In this document: piece by piece, positions 12,109 through 24,987 of the stretch
Numbering within the stretch: the stretch's first letter is position 1
How the letters are laid out: each line of letters begins with the position of its first letter
Assembly: GCA_051362555.1 (NCBI GenBank)
Contig: CM120644.1
Location: 19,738,534 to 19,802,533, forward strand
DNA length: 64,000 nt
Direction of reading: 5' to 3'
DNA from: Lingula anatina
Lineage: Eukaryota; Animalia; Brachiopoda
Translations under genes and position numbers: made by a program
Notes under the pieces: model-generated
Told to the model about the DNA's origin: nothing
Databases searched by the model: none
Seen by the model: only the letters and a program-made list of their open reading frames with translations

Positions 12109-14233
12109 TCAAAAATCTGTCTGCGGTCTCTTCGCCAACCAATCAGCTATCTTTGGGAGAGCTTTAATGCGGTCAATGAATGCTGGCAATTCTTTGCATT
12201 TGTCCATGCACTTGGGGAACTTTACCACCAGCCCTGAACATTGATTGAAGACTGCTAGGTCCGCAATGGAGAGCTGAATGTGAAAAGAAATACAGTCAAG
12301 TATTTAAATGAAAAATAATTATAAAATGGTTTAGATTTTAATATTTTATGTGTCTCACTTAATTTTGAAAAACTTATAAATAAGACAGCCATCTGCATTT
12401 TGAATATAGAAATAAAAATTTCTGTACATTTAATTTTTTATAATATGAGCAGCACGATATAATATTTCAGGAAAAAAGTATTTTGTCTGACCTTGTTTCC
12501 TGCAAAGTATCCTTTGCCGCCATTTCCTTTTAAAAGTTTATCAAGGCGTTGCATGGATTCAGGCAGTGTTTCCTCAGCTAGCTTCTTTTCTTTCTCTGCC
12601 TAGCAAAAAGATGGAGGACCAATGAAGTCAATAGAACTATTGCTTGTTATTCTACTGACTTGGAATAAAAATGTCCTTTATAACCCGGGTCACTTGTGCA
12701 AAATTCCACTATGGCACCATGGTTACCCCCCCCCCCAAGACAATGCCCCTTAAGACAACCCCATCCCTTTTCCAGGAAACAAGATACACAGTTTTTGTAC
12801 TATGTACTTAAGACATTCACACATTTCTTGAATAGTTTACTGAATATAAGAAAGAAGACAGAAAATGAAATAAAAGCAATGATTGGCTATTGATTATAAG
12901 ACTCTGTATGTAGGCTCATTACACACTTCAACAGACCTGAGAGGTCACTTTAAACTTTAAGATGCTATTATAGATGCAAATTTGACATTACTTGTCATTT
13001 TTTAATAAAACATTTTATCAATTTTTCTATACTAATTTCACTTGATTAAGGGGAAGAGGGGGTGGGTTAAACAATTAGTAGTGTCAGTTCATGAAAGGTA
13101 TTCCTAGATGAGTGAGAGATGATTTGTTTAACCTGCCTCTACCTGGAGATACATTTTGATTTAAGGCAGGCATTATTTTGTTTCAATATCACGCTGTTCA
13201 TGCTCAGTTTGATATTTATTACAGGGAGGGGAATTGTCAGGGGGGAGAGATTATCGGGGGAAGTGGGGGTATTGTCCTGATACATTTAATACACCACTTG
13301 TCACAATTATTAACCATTACGCCAAATAGACCAGTTACTAAAAATGCTACCTTCTTTGCTTCATCTTTCTCAAAATGCCAATCGATAAGTGGCTTGGTCA
13401 AATCATCTAAAGTGTAAAGGACCTGGTCTATCATGGCACCGTCCATGTTACTTTCACCATAAAGACCTAGAAAGAAAGAATAAAGTTGTAAGAAAAACTC
13501 TGAAATGACCTTAAAGGGATAATAACTCTTCGTATGAGATCTTTATTTCACAATAAAAACAATGTGAATAGCTCATAGAAATATAATATATTCTGTTTTA
13601 CCACAAAAATGGCAGTTATAGTTATTATTCTGATATCTTAGCTTGTCTTTAGACCACGTGACCTCCATTGATGGCTATACTCTGTTAAAATCTCACTAGA
13701 TTACTGTCAGTTTAGCCGGCTTAAGCGTCTGTCCTGCCTACTGAAAGCTGTAAGGGGTAATTAACTAAGGTGCGCGCTCGGCTGACTGCAATTTAGCCTG
13801 AACCCCCGGGGAGTTAGGTCGATCTAAATCTTAATCCCTGGATCGATCTAAATCTCTGGGAATACACCCTTAAAAACTTTTTATGTACAGACACAGATGT
13901 GTATGTACATATAGCCATCACCTGCATTGTGTCTGTCATCGCCGTCATCGCCATCGTACACTATCAACTATAACCTGATAAGTGGAAAACTCTTTAATCT
14001 TTGGTTTGAAACTTACAGAACTAATGAATTGCAATAAAAAAAATGGTGGTCATATTTGAAAGTCAGCATGATCAGGCCATTTTTATTAAAGTTATGCTGT
14101 TTATTTTCCACTTTTTTCAGCATATATGTAACACCCATAACACGGTAAGTGGGAAACTCTCTAACCTTTTGGCTTGGAACTTACAGAACAACTGACTATT
14201 CATTAAATGCATTTTTTTTTCAAAAGTTATGCT

Positions 14234-14267
<34 letters not shown>

Positions 14268-17200
14268 CATATATGCAACACTGATAACACAAGGAAAACC
14301 AATTGGCCTATTGCCTTGCAACTCACAGGAGTGATCAGTCTGACTAAAATACAGATCAAGTTTGAAAATAAGCTTGATCAGTTAAGTTTTGATGAGGTTA
14401 AACCTTTTTTATGTACAGACACAGATGTGTCTGTACATATTGCCATCACCTGCGTCTGTCGTCGCCGATGCCGTCGCCGATGCCGATGCGGATGCCGATG
14501 CCGATGCCGATGCCGTCGCCGATGCCGTGCACTTTCCTTGTAAACACGATAAGTGGAGGACAGTTTTACTTTTTGGCTTTATATTTACAGAGCTGATGAA
14601 TATTCATAAAACGCAGGTCAAGTTCGAAAATCAGCATGATCGGGCCATTATTGTAGAACTTATGCTGTTTTTTCACTTTTCAGCATATATGCAACCCTGT
14701 AAACACATTTTAAGGAACACCGTTAGGCCTGTTGTCATGAAACTCACAGGAGTAATCAATCTTACTAAAACGCAGGTCAAGTTTGAAAATCGGCATGATC
14801 GGGCCATTACTTTAGAAGTTATGCTGTTTTTTCACATTTCCTCAGATTCAATTCTTAGGCATGTTAACAGTCTTATTATTTTACTAATAAGATACATAAA
14901 AGTGTTTGTTTGACATTTCCTGAATCTTAACAAAATTGTTAGTTGATTATGTAAAAATGATGGTAAACTTGTTATCGTGTATTGTGTAATAAAGTGTCAA
15001 AAATGGAAATAAACTCATATCATTGCAGTTTGTCAGATGCAATCATTCACTATGTTCAGAATCTCAGGATGGAGGAAATTGGACATTTAACACTGTTGTA
15101 TTGATATTTTTCCCATCTCATCAATTTTCTTAGTTGATCGTATAAAAATGGCAGTAACCTGTTAATTTTGTTTATGTTAAAAAAATTGTTAAAAATGGAA
15201 AAAAAACATTTCAGAACAGTGCTGTCTTGTTTACATTTTGGCATTTTCAAGTTGTGACTTTGAAGTTCCATGGGCCTGAAGACCTTTGCTAGTCACATTT
15301 TCTGAATATCCATGATACTAATATTTTATTATTAAAAATTGATGGTCATTAAGCTGTTTAACATTATGTAATATTGCATCAAAATTTGAAAAAAACTTAT
15401 TTTGGGCACTGCTCCCATGATGACCATTTAAGAAAAACCATGTCACTTACTGTTCTCAAACAGTACAGTAAATATGTACAGATGTGTCTGTACATATTGC
15501 CATCACCTGCGTCTGTCGTGGCTGGCGTTGCCGTCACTGTCACTGTCACTGTCGCCGTGCACTTTCATTGTAAACGCGATAAGTGGAAGGCAGTTTTACT
15601 TTTTGGCTGTATATTTACAGAGCTGATGAATATCCATAAAACGCAGGTCAAGTCCGAAAATCAGCATGATCGGGCCATTATTGTAGAACTTATGCTGTTT
15701 TTTCACTTTTCAGCATATATGCAACACTGTAAACACATTTCAAGGAAAACCGTTAGGCCTGTTGTCATGAAACTCATAGGAGTAATCAATCTTACTATAA
15801 CGCAGGTCAAGTTAGAAAATAGGCATGATCGGGCCACTATTTTAGTTATGCTTTTTTTTTTCACTTTTCAGCATATATGCAACACTGTAAACACAAAATA
15901 AGAAAAACAGATAGGCCAATTGTCAGTAAACTCACAGGAGTGGTCATTCCTGCTAAAACGCAGGTTGAGTTTAAAAATCAGCTTAATTGGGCCATTATTT
16001 TGAAGAAATGCTGTTTTTTCACATTTCCTCAGATTTAATTCTTAGGCATGTTAACATGCATGTTTCATTATTTAATTAGTAAGATAAGTAAAAGTGTTTG
16101 TTTGGCATTTCCTGCATCTTTACAACATATGTAAAAATGATGGTAAACTTGTTATCTTGTATTGTGTAATAAAGTTTCAAAAAATGGAAATAAACTCATA
16201 TCATTGCAGTTTGTCAGATTCAATCATTGACATTCACTATGTTCAGAATCTCAGAATGGAAGAAATTGGACATTTAACACTGCTCTATTGATATTTTTCC
16301 CATCTCATCAATTTTTTTAGTTGATCATATAAAAACGGCAGTAAACTGTTAATTTTGTTTTATGTTAAAAATTGTTAAAAATGGAAAAAAAAAATTCAGA
16401 ACAGTGCTGTCTTGTTTACATTTTGGCATTTTCAAGTTGTGACTTTGAAGTTCCATGGGCCTGAAGACCTTTGCTAGTAACATTTTCTGAATATCCATAA
16501 TACTCATCATTATGCTGTTAAACATTATGTAATATTGCATCAAAATTTGAAAAAAAAAAAACTATTTTGGGCACTGCCCCCATGATGACCATTTAAGAAA
16601 AACCATGTCACTTACTGTTCTCAAACTTACAGGAAAGAAACATGGGACTAAAATACAGCTTCAGTAGGCAATGCAGTCTGTTTGGTAATTCTTACTGCCA
16701 GTTAAACAGTTTTTTTGTGAAAATTTAATTTTTCACATATTGGCATTTTCAAGGTGTAACTTTGAAGTTCCACGGGCTTGAAGACCCATGCTAGTCACAT
16801 TTTCTGAAAATCCATGTATATTTTATTATTAAAAATTGACGGTCATTATGCTGTTAACCATTATGTAATATTGCATCAGAATAGAAGAAAACACAATTTT
16901 GGGTGCTGCTTGAGCATAATTAAAATTTGATGTTGAATTTGCAGTTTAACATAATGTACTTTTGCATCAGAATTGACAGTAGCCTATTTTGTGCATAGTT
17001 ATTTCCTGTTTTTTGTCTGTACATTTGACAGCTTTGCTGCCTTGTTTGTATATAAGTGTTTTTTTTTTCAGATTTAATTCTTAGGCATATTAACAGTCTC
17101 ATTATAGAACTTATTGGATATGTAAAAGTGTTCTTTTGACATTTTCTCAGTTTGATCATATAAAAATGACTTATTGATTATTCTTTTTTATGTAAAAAAA

Positions 17201-19970
17201 AAGGTGTTGAAAATGGAAATTATTTTCAGTACAGTTATCACTTGTTTACATTTTTGGATTTTCAATGTGTGACTCCATGGGCTTGAAGACTTTTGCTTGT
17301 CACATTTTCTGAATATCCATAATACTTATGATTAAAAAATTAATGATCATTATGCTGTTAAGCATTATGAAATATTGCATCATAATTGAAGAAAACCCTA
17401 TTTTGGGCACTGCCTCCATAGTGACCATTAAAGGAAAACCATGTCACAGCTCTCAAACTTTCATAAAAGTAACATAGGCCTAAAATACAGCTTCAGTTCT
17501 AAAACCTGTCTTATTGGTTAACTTTTCTTGAATTATATAATTTTTTGTTAGAATTTAAATTTTCACATATCGACGTTTTGTACTTCCTTGGACTTGAGGA
17601 CCTTCGCTAGTCACATTTTCTGAAAATCCATGATGATTTTATTTTAATATTAAAAACTGATGTTCATTATGCTGTTAAGCATTATGTAATATTGCATCAA
17701 AATTGAAGATAACCCTATTTTGGGCACTGGTTTTATTATGACCATTAAAGAAAAAACATGTCACTTACTTTTCTTAAACTTACAGGAAGGAAACATAGGG
17801 CTAAAATGCAGTCTGAGTTGGAATAGCAGTCTAATTGGCTTCTTTTCCAGTTGTACATTTTTGTGAAATTTCTTTCTTTCCCATATTCTTAGGCGGATTG
17901 AGACTGTCTTCTGGGTCTTTTGGAAGACGGTCAGATTTTTAAGTTTACATTGACAGGTATCTATTTTTTTCTGTTGGAAGAGCATCAAAAATGGAGGATG
18001 GATAATTTGGAATACTGTCAGAAAATATCTCTGGATCTGCTCCTGTTATTGACCATGTTACCTGTTGTGCATGATTAAAATTCAGTTTTGATTGACTGCA
18101 CTATTAAAAGCATTTATTAAATATAGCATCAAAATTGAAAAAATGACCTGTTTTCTGCATCCTGATTTTTTTTTGTCTGTACATTTAACAGCTTTGCTGC
18201 CTTGTTTTTTCTAAAAGGTAATCTCTTACTTATTTAAGCAAAAACTACAATACAGGCAAAGTTTAAATATCTGTCACATTCCTTACCGTGTTCTCTTGCC
18301 ACAAGACGCGCAATAGCCAAACTCTGACCAATCTTCTTCCCCTCCACCTCCAGGAATGGACACTGTCCGGTGGGGCTTACTGTAAAATAAGTGAATTTAT
18401 CTCAAATGGTAATTCTTGACTCTAAAACCTGATCTGGGTGTCAGGTCCATGCAGCTTCGTAATTTTGAAATATCTGCTTCTTCAGGTAAGCATGGATATG
18501 TGAAGATTTAAAAATGAAAAATGCTGGCATGCATAGAACCTAAATCTTAGGGTCTGTTACTAACAAGGCAGAACATGTAACTGGCATAAGGCTTCAGGCC
18601 CATGAGAGTTGAATTTCACATGTTAAAATGCCACAATGAGAAAATTTGAAATTTCGCAAAAATTGCACAAATTTTTAAAAAATTTTATCAAGCAGGCTTT
18701 CCAATTAAACAATTAGAGCTATATATCAATCCCAAGAATCATTCTTGTCAGTTGGTAAATAATAAGTAACTTGGTTTTCTTTTCAGGGCTTATGTAGTAG
18801 CAATGCAAAACAATTTTTGTGAATGTGATGCAATATTATATAATAATTAACTACATAACATGGGCTTGCAAAAATGTAACTGCCATAAGTTTGAAGACAA
18901 TGCAATGATGTGCATGGACACAGCAAAGATAATGGCTATAAAAGTCAGAAACATAACAATACCAATGCTGCTAGCTACCACTACTGGTTTTATCTAAAAT
19001 TCATATGCTGTTTCACAGGTTAGATGTAAAATACTGAACTAGTTATCTCCTATTATGCCAAGGGATGTATAGTTTTGGAGTGTCTAGCCATCACTGCTGG
19101 CGTACCTGCACAGTATATCACAGAGATGATCACAAGACTTGGAGCAATGGCATGTCCTCTCTATCAAAGGTCAGCAGGGGGATGACATCATTTTCCCAAA
19201 AAATTTACACGCTCACGGTACAGAAAAGATTTAGAGATTTAGCCAGAGAAATAACAGTGAATATCAAGTGGAAATTGTCTCCTGGGACCTTGGTAGTAGG
19301 TTTATGTAAAGACTTAGCTTTAAGTCCTATTTAAAACACACACAGGTGGGGACAGCTACGTTACGTCACTGCATCCAGGACACTTAAGTCTCGTTTTCCG
19401 GTCATAGAGTGATTAAATTCGGTCAGTTGCAAACCTTTATGCAGAGAAGACGTGCTATACTTAATATGGCAAGGACTGGATTATTGAGATTTTGTTCATT
19501 ATTTTATTACTGTAGATGTAGTGACGTAGCGTAGTTTCGAAGCTATAATAAAAAGCTTCCAACCCACACCTGTGTTGTTGTTTTAAAGGTATATGATACA
19601 TGGACCTAAGCATAAAATGAGGTAATTGGTTATTATGCTTTGTCCCCTGATTGTTGGGCACGCTGAACCATACACTCGGTACTTCCATTACATGTACCAA
19701 GAACTGTAAGAGCAGGTGCCACTGGGTCAAGACTAGTATTTCACAACTGATAGATCAAAGAATCAATTGAATGACCTAAATGTTTTTTATGAGAATCAAA
19801 CATGTAAGATTACAAATGGAAAAAAACTCACAGTGCTTGTAGTTATTAAGCCAATCATCACGGTCTTTAAATCTGATGTCTTCATATTCCACACCAGCAG
19901 CAGCAAACACCAGACGGGTAATCTCTGCGTTCCCTTTTGCATTAAAATAGTACAGCTTGTAGGTTGGCAT
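12109..19970 (-). CDS. GSTS: Glutathione S-transferase, sigma class (206 aa; exons 19970-19832, 18379-18287, 13466-13351, 12599-12492, 12273-12109)
   Basis: Spliced product [33 protein letters not shown]...[33 protein letters not shown]...LSIADL...[10 protein letters not shown]. All introns GT-AG, phases consistent, 621 nt total. Confidence 0.93.
13877..17790 (+). mobile_element. Tandemly duplicated Helentron/DINE-1-like non-autonomous elements in GST intron 2
   Basis: Three heads (~13880, 14411, ~15473) with hairpin ATGTACAGACAC-AGAT-GTGTCTGTACAT, then a (GCCGAT)n microsatellite (14463-14527), ~150-bp core repeats and further duplicated blocks. Confidence 0.6.
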
Positions 19971-20038
19971 CTTGGAAGTTAACAAATGCAGCTTAATAAT
20001 GAAACAGAAGTTCTAGACTTGCTACTCGTACAACTTGG

Positions 20039-20091
20039 CTTATATGTATGTCTGAATTAATGCTGACTCATGACTAATCCTGCTGACTAAC
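20039..20091 (-). promoter_or_regulatory. GST proximal promoter: TATA-like box plus antioxidant response element(s)
   Basis: Minus-strand CATATAAG at 20039-20046. ATGAGTCAGCA (20061-20071) matches the RTGASTCAGCA consensus. Near-copy GTTAGTCAGCA at 20081-20091. Confidence 0.65.
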
Positions 20092-20680
20092 CCAATGTCA
20101 ACACAACATTGTACACCATTGGTTTACTTGTTGAGGTCATTATATTGGTTCCTCGTTGGAGTCAATATACTTAAAACGACTTACATTTACCTTGGCAGTG
20201 ACGAGTCACTGGCACTTAGGCCATGCAAACAAAGTAACACACACAAACCCAATATAGAGGTGCATTTCACATGCTAAAGTGTCAAAAAATAAAACTGAAT
20301 GAATTCAAAGTTGTATTCAATTTTTAAAACATAAATGTGTGTAGAACAAAAATCCAGGACTATCTCAGTTGATATTCAGGTTTGAATTTTTACCATGTCT
20401 TTTACATTATGCATAGAGCCCTAAATGTAACATATGTTCCAAAAATGTATGGTAATATTCAAACATAGTTTGCAATCTAAATATATTTTAAATGTCAATT
20501 GCACCACTATATTGGGTTTTGGTTTACACTTCTGCCTCAGCTATATAAAGGCCTTGTTTTATTGTTGTAGGTAGGTAGGTGCTAATAATTGGATATAAGA
20601 GTTTACAGAGGTATATGGTGCAGGTTGCACAATTCATTTAGTATTTCCTTTACATATGCAGCGACTACAAACTGTATATA

Positions 20681-21450
20681 CAGGGGCAGATCCAGGATTT
20701 TTTGAAGGGGGGGGGGGGGGTGTCCAAAGCAACAGAAGGAGATTACAGGCAAGCCTCTCTATTGTCCGATGTCTGTTACTGTGGGCAGAGCTAGCTAGTA
20801 GGGGGGAGCTCATGTCTCAAGGTTTTGCCTGTGTCGCTCTCCTCAGCTTGGAGATTAATTTCATATGCGTCATTTTGAGTTAGAATTCGAGATCAGTAGT
20901 TGTTACTTGTTGTAGGGTTCAGGCCTGCTTAAAGGCCCCAAAGTTTTTTTGAGTTTGGAGAGCAAACAGGGTCCTTTGGTACAATTAAGAACTATGATTA
21001 GCTTTTCAAAATTCTAAATTCAAGAGGGGAATATTGATGTGGTTCCATCCCTATACGTCCCTGCACCCATACTCCCCGCACCGATATTCCCCCACAGTAT
21101 CGATGCAGGAAAGCAATGATGTGGGGGAGTATCGGTGTGGGGTAATAATAGTGTGCTTTCATCGACAATATTACTGGGAATGTGTTGATGCGGGGATCTA
21201 TCAGTATGGGGGAATATCAATGTGCATAATACACAAAAATTTACTAAAGGGGAGTAACGGTGCTGGGGAGTATCGGTGTGAGAGAGTAACGGTGTGAGGG
21301 AGTAATGTTGTGGGGGAGTATCAGTGTGAGGGAGTAACGGTGCAGGGAGTATCAACATGACCCCATTGGTGTGATATAGGCCTGTTTTTCAGAAACCGAA
21401 GAGGGGGGGTTATAACCCCCTGCCCCCCCCCCCTTCTATATCTGCCACTG
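20681..21450. mobile_element. hAT-like MITE with a nested MITE (~21040-21365)
   Basis: Outer ends CAGGGGCAGAT / ATCTGCCACTG. Inner element has inverted TCCCTGCACC / GGTGCAGGGA and ~17-bp GGGGAGTATCGGTGT repeats. Confidence 0.6.
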
Positions 21451-22697
21451 AACTGTTGTGTTCAGTTGATAACTAAGAATATTAAAATGGTTGGACAGTA
21501 ATACAGGGAACAGTGATATAACACTGAATTCTTTTCGACAAAACATACAGTATTGCATTACATTTTATAGGTGTTTTTCTTTATTTTCAACATCACACTT
21601 GTCTAGCTGTCATTGAATCTGTTTCTTTAAAGTCTGTAATATGTGTTGTCTTCTATGTCTAATTTAATCTTCTTTGGAATTTGATATTTCCAGTGAACAA
21701 AATGATGTTTCTTTTTTAAAGGTACTTACAAACCAAGCATCAGTAGAGCGTGGATTCCCAGTAACACATGTAAATTACTTCTACTAGATTCTAATATGCA
21801 TCAAATAAATTTGACATGCCAAGGGATAAACTGAATAGATCACTCGATCAGCCATAAAAGACCTTTAGACTGCTCCTTTCTTTAAATTTATGGTTGTAAA
21901 TTTAACCTACTTCCATGACCTACTTTCCTGCCCTTTTGACATACAGCTTAGAATGCCAGCAGAAAAATCTGTTCAAACATCATTTTCGGGTAAAATTAAA
22001 CAATGCCTTTTGGTAATTCTCTTAGTTATACTACTTGAAACTATATGCTGGCATTTGGTTGGTTTTTGTGACAAAAATGACTTTGTATGCATCTTTAACT
22101 GTTTATTCTGTGACAAAGTCATTGAATATATATAAATTTGATAAAAAATGAAATGATTTAAATTGTTTTCATTTAGTAAACACATAAAATAAATGAAAAT
22201 GAAACACTTGTCTATTTCTCTATCTGTTTTCAACAATAAAGATAGAAGAGAGGCATTTTCTAGTGTAATATCATGTATTTGACTAAGTACAGTTCTTTTA
22301 TTATATATGATCTGTCATAGATAATGTGTCTGATCATGGAAGTAAATGATCTGATGAAAACTGAACCTACACAGAATAAAAGTAATAATTGTTGATAATC
22401 ACTGAACAAATAAGAATTGAAGCAGTTACATATGATTATTCCTAGGTTGTCTAAAAATAACAAAATTATAAGGTAAAAGTTTTTTTTTTTTTTTTTTTTT
22501 TTTTTGTCATCTGAACATATCATTAAATGTTGTAGAAAGAATTATTCATAATTGTAGTGATGAGACCTGGCGTGGTCCTTTTTATGCCAGTATTTCATAG
22601 ACATCATTGTCAGTAATGATGGTGACATTCTCTGTGGTAAAAGTGTCATCATCTTTATGATAGTATTCTGTTCTTTCTTCCTTGTATATGTGATAGG

Positions 22698-23331
22698 TTA
22701 TGGCATTATTGTCAGTTTATTTTCCACATTTCTTATTTCATCTGTCTCCCCCTCTGAATCTGGAGCATTGTTAGGCTCATCTTCATTGCCTAAAGTTCCA
22801 TATATATTATTTGAACTGTGTTTTCTTTTGTTGTATGTTGTTTTGTGTGTTCTGCAATTATTCCCTTGATTAAATTCTACTCCACATTTGTCTGGTTTCT
22901 CACAAATTCTTTTAAGGCTAATGCAGGCCAATTTTGTTATGAACTCTTTGTCACAGAACTTGCATGTATCATGCTTTTCTCCAACTGTATGAATTGTTTC
23001 ATGGACAGTGCAAAAACCTTGCTTAAAAGTTTTGTCTCCAGTGTAAATTGTTTCATGGTAAGTGCAATTTCCTTTTGTAGTGAAAGATTTTGCAGCAAGT
23101 CTACGCTTCAAATGTTTGTCTCCGGTGTGATTTTTTTCATGAAGTTTGCAAGATTTTTTTAGTGTAAAAGTTTCCTCACAGAATCTACACTTGTAAGGTT
23201 TCTCTCCTGTGTGAATTCTTTCATGTTCAATGCAAGCAATTTTGTCTTTAGAAGTTTTGTCACAGAATCTTCACTTTAAAAGTTTCTCTCTTGTGTGAAT
23301 TCTCTCATGATATATGCAATTTTTTTTCTCT
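22698..23331 (-). pseudogene. Degenerate continuation of the zinc-finger array
   Basis: Further HERIHTGEKPYKC fingers lie beyond a deletion/frameshift at ~23335, with an in-frame stop. An ~88-bp block at ~23110 duplicates the one at ~23342. Confidence 0.8.
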
Positions 23332-24987
23332 TTAAAATTTCAAATGTTTGTCTCCGGTGTGATTTTTTTCATGAAGTTTGCAAGATTTTTTTAGTGTAAA
23401 AGTTTCCTCACAGAATCTACACTTGTAAGGTTTGTCTCCAGTATGAATTCTTTCATGCACAGTGCAATGGCTTTTTTGAGTAAAATTTTTGTAACAGAAT
23501 GTACACTTGTAAGGTTTCTCTCCTGTGTGAATTCTTTCATGCACATTGCAATGTCTTTTTTGAGTAAAAGTTTCCTCACAGAATCTACACTTGTAAGGTT
23601 TCTCTCCTGTGTGAATTCTTTCATGCTCTTTGCAAGAATATTTGTCTTTAAAAAATTTGTGACAGAAACTACACTTGTAAGGTCTGTCTCCGGTATGAAT
23701 TCTTTCATGCATGTTGCAATGACTTTTTTGAGTAAAAGTTTTGCCACAATATCTGCACTTAGAAAGTTTCTCTCCTGTGTGAATCCTCTTGTGACATATG
23801 CAATTTTTTTTGTCTTTAAAAGTTTTGTGACAGAAACTGCACTTGTAATTTTTCTCTCCTGTGTGAATTATTTCATGCGCACTGCATTGGCCTTTTTGAG
23901 AAAAAGTTTCCTCACAGAATCTACACTTGTAAAGTTTCTCTACTGTGTGAATTCTTTCGTGCTCTGTGCAAGATTTGTTTTCTTTAAAAGTTTTGTCACA
24001 GACACTACACTTGTAAGGTTTGTCTCTGGTATGAATTCTTTCATGCACATTGCAATGACTGTTTTGAGTAAAAGTTTTGTCACAGAATCTGCACTTGTAA
24101 GGTTTCTCTCCTGTGTGAATTCTTTCATGCTGTATGCAAGAAGTTTTGACTGTAAAAGTTTTGTCACAGAAGCTGCACTTGTAAGGTTTCTCTCCTGTGT
24201 GAATTCTTTCATGCACGTTGCAATAACTTTTTAGAGTGAAAGTTTTGTCACAAAATCTGCACTTGTAAGGTTTCTCTCCTATGTGAATTCTTTCATGCTT
24301 TATGCAAGAAGCTCTGTCTCTAAAAGTTTTGTCACAGAAACTACACTTGTAAGGTTTGTCTCCAGTATGAATTCTTTCATGCTCAGTGCAATGGCCTTTT
24401 TGAGTAAAAGTTTTGTCACAGAATCTACACTTAAAAGGCCTCTCTCCTGTGTGAATTCTCTCATGATATGTGCAAGATTTTTTGTCTTTAAAAGTTTTGT
24501 CACAGAATCTACAACTGTAAGGTTTCTCTCCTGTGTGAATTCTTTCATGCACTATGCAAGAAGTTTTGTCTATAAAAGTTTTGTCGCAGAATCTACACTT
24601 GTAAGGTTTGACTCCAGTATGAATTCTCTCATGCTCTGTGCAATGTCCTTTTTGAGTAAAAGTTTTGTCACAGAATCTACACTTGTAAGGTTTGTCTCCG
24701 GTATGAATTCTTTCATGCTGAGCACAATGGCCTTTTTGAATAAAAGTTTTGTCACAGAATCTACACTTAAAATGTCTCTCTCCTGTGTGAATTCTCTCAT
24801 GACGTATGCAAGAATTTTTGCCTTTTAAAGTCTTTTCACATAATCTACACTTGTGAGGTCTCTCTCCTATGTACATTTTTACTGAATGCTGTAAGAACTT
24901 AATTGGTGGTATAAAAGTCTTGCCACAGAATCTACACTTGTAAGGTTTCTCTCCAGTATAATTATTTTCTTGAATTTCATGAGACAA
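23332..24987 (-). CDS. Tandem C2H2 zinc-finger array (~19 fingers, 84-bp period); possibly a pseudogene
   Basis: Repeats of CxxCxxxFxxxxxCxxHERIH-TGEKPY. Open frame of 551 codons, but it starts at TTG and the upstream in-frame finger contains stops. Confidence 0.85.
   Translation of the reverse strand: MSHEIQENNYTGEKPYKCRFCGKTFIPPIKFLQHSVKMYIGERPHKCRLCEKTLKGKNSCIRHERIHTGERHFKCRFCDKTFIQKGHCAQHERIHTGDKPYKCRFCDKTFTQKGHCTEHERIHTGVKPYKCRFCDKTFIDKTSCIVHERIHTGEKPYSCRFCDKTFKDKKSCTYHERIHTGERPFKCRFCDKTFTQKGHCTEHERIHTGDKPYKCSFCDKTFRDRASCIKHERIHIGEKPYKCRFCDKTFTLKSYCNVHERIHTGEKPYKCSFCDKTFTVKTSCIQHERIHTGEKPYKCRFCDKTFTQNSHCNVHERIHTRDKPYKCSVCDKTFKENKSCTEHERIHTVEKLYKCRFCEETFSQKGQCSAHEIIHTGEKNYKCSFCHKTFKDKKNCICHKRIHTGEKLSKCRYCGKTFTQKSHCNMHERIHTGDRPYKCSFCHKFFKDKYSCKEHERIHTGEKPYKCRFCEETFTQKRHCNVHERIHTGEKPYKCTFCYKNFTQKSHCTVHERIHTGDKPYKCRFCEETFTLKKSCKLHEKNHTGDKHLKF

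Noticed and set aside
14316-14913. ORFs with RCRCRC / ADADAD / MPMPMP runs
   Set aside because: Translations of the (GCCGAT)n microsatellite in a non-autonomous element inside a GST intron.
23391-24828. Overlapping repetitive ORFs (MKEFTQERNL..., MNSFM...)
   Set aside because: Alternative-frame and antisense shadows of the zinc-finger array.
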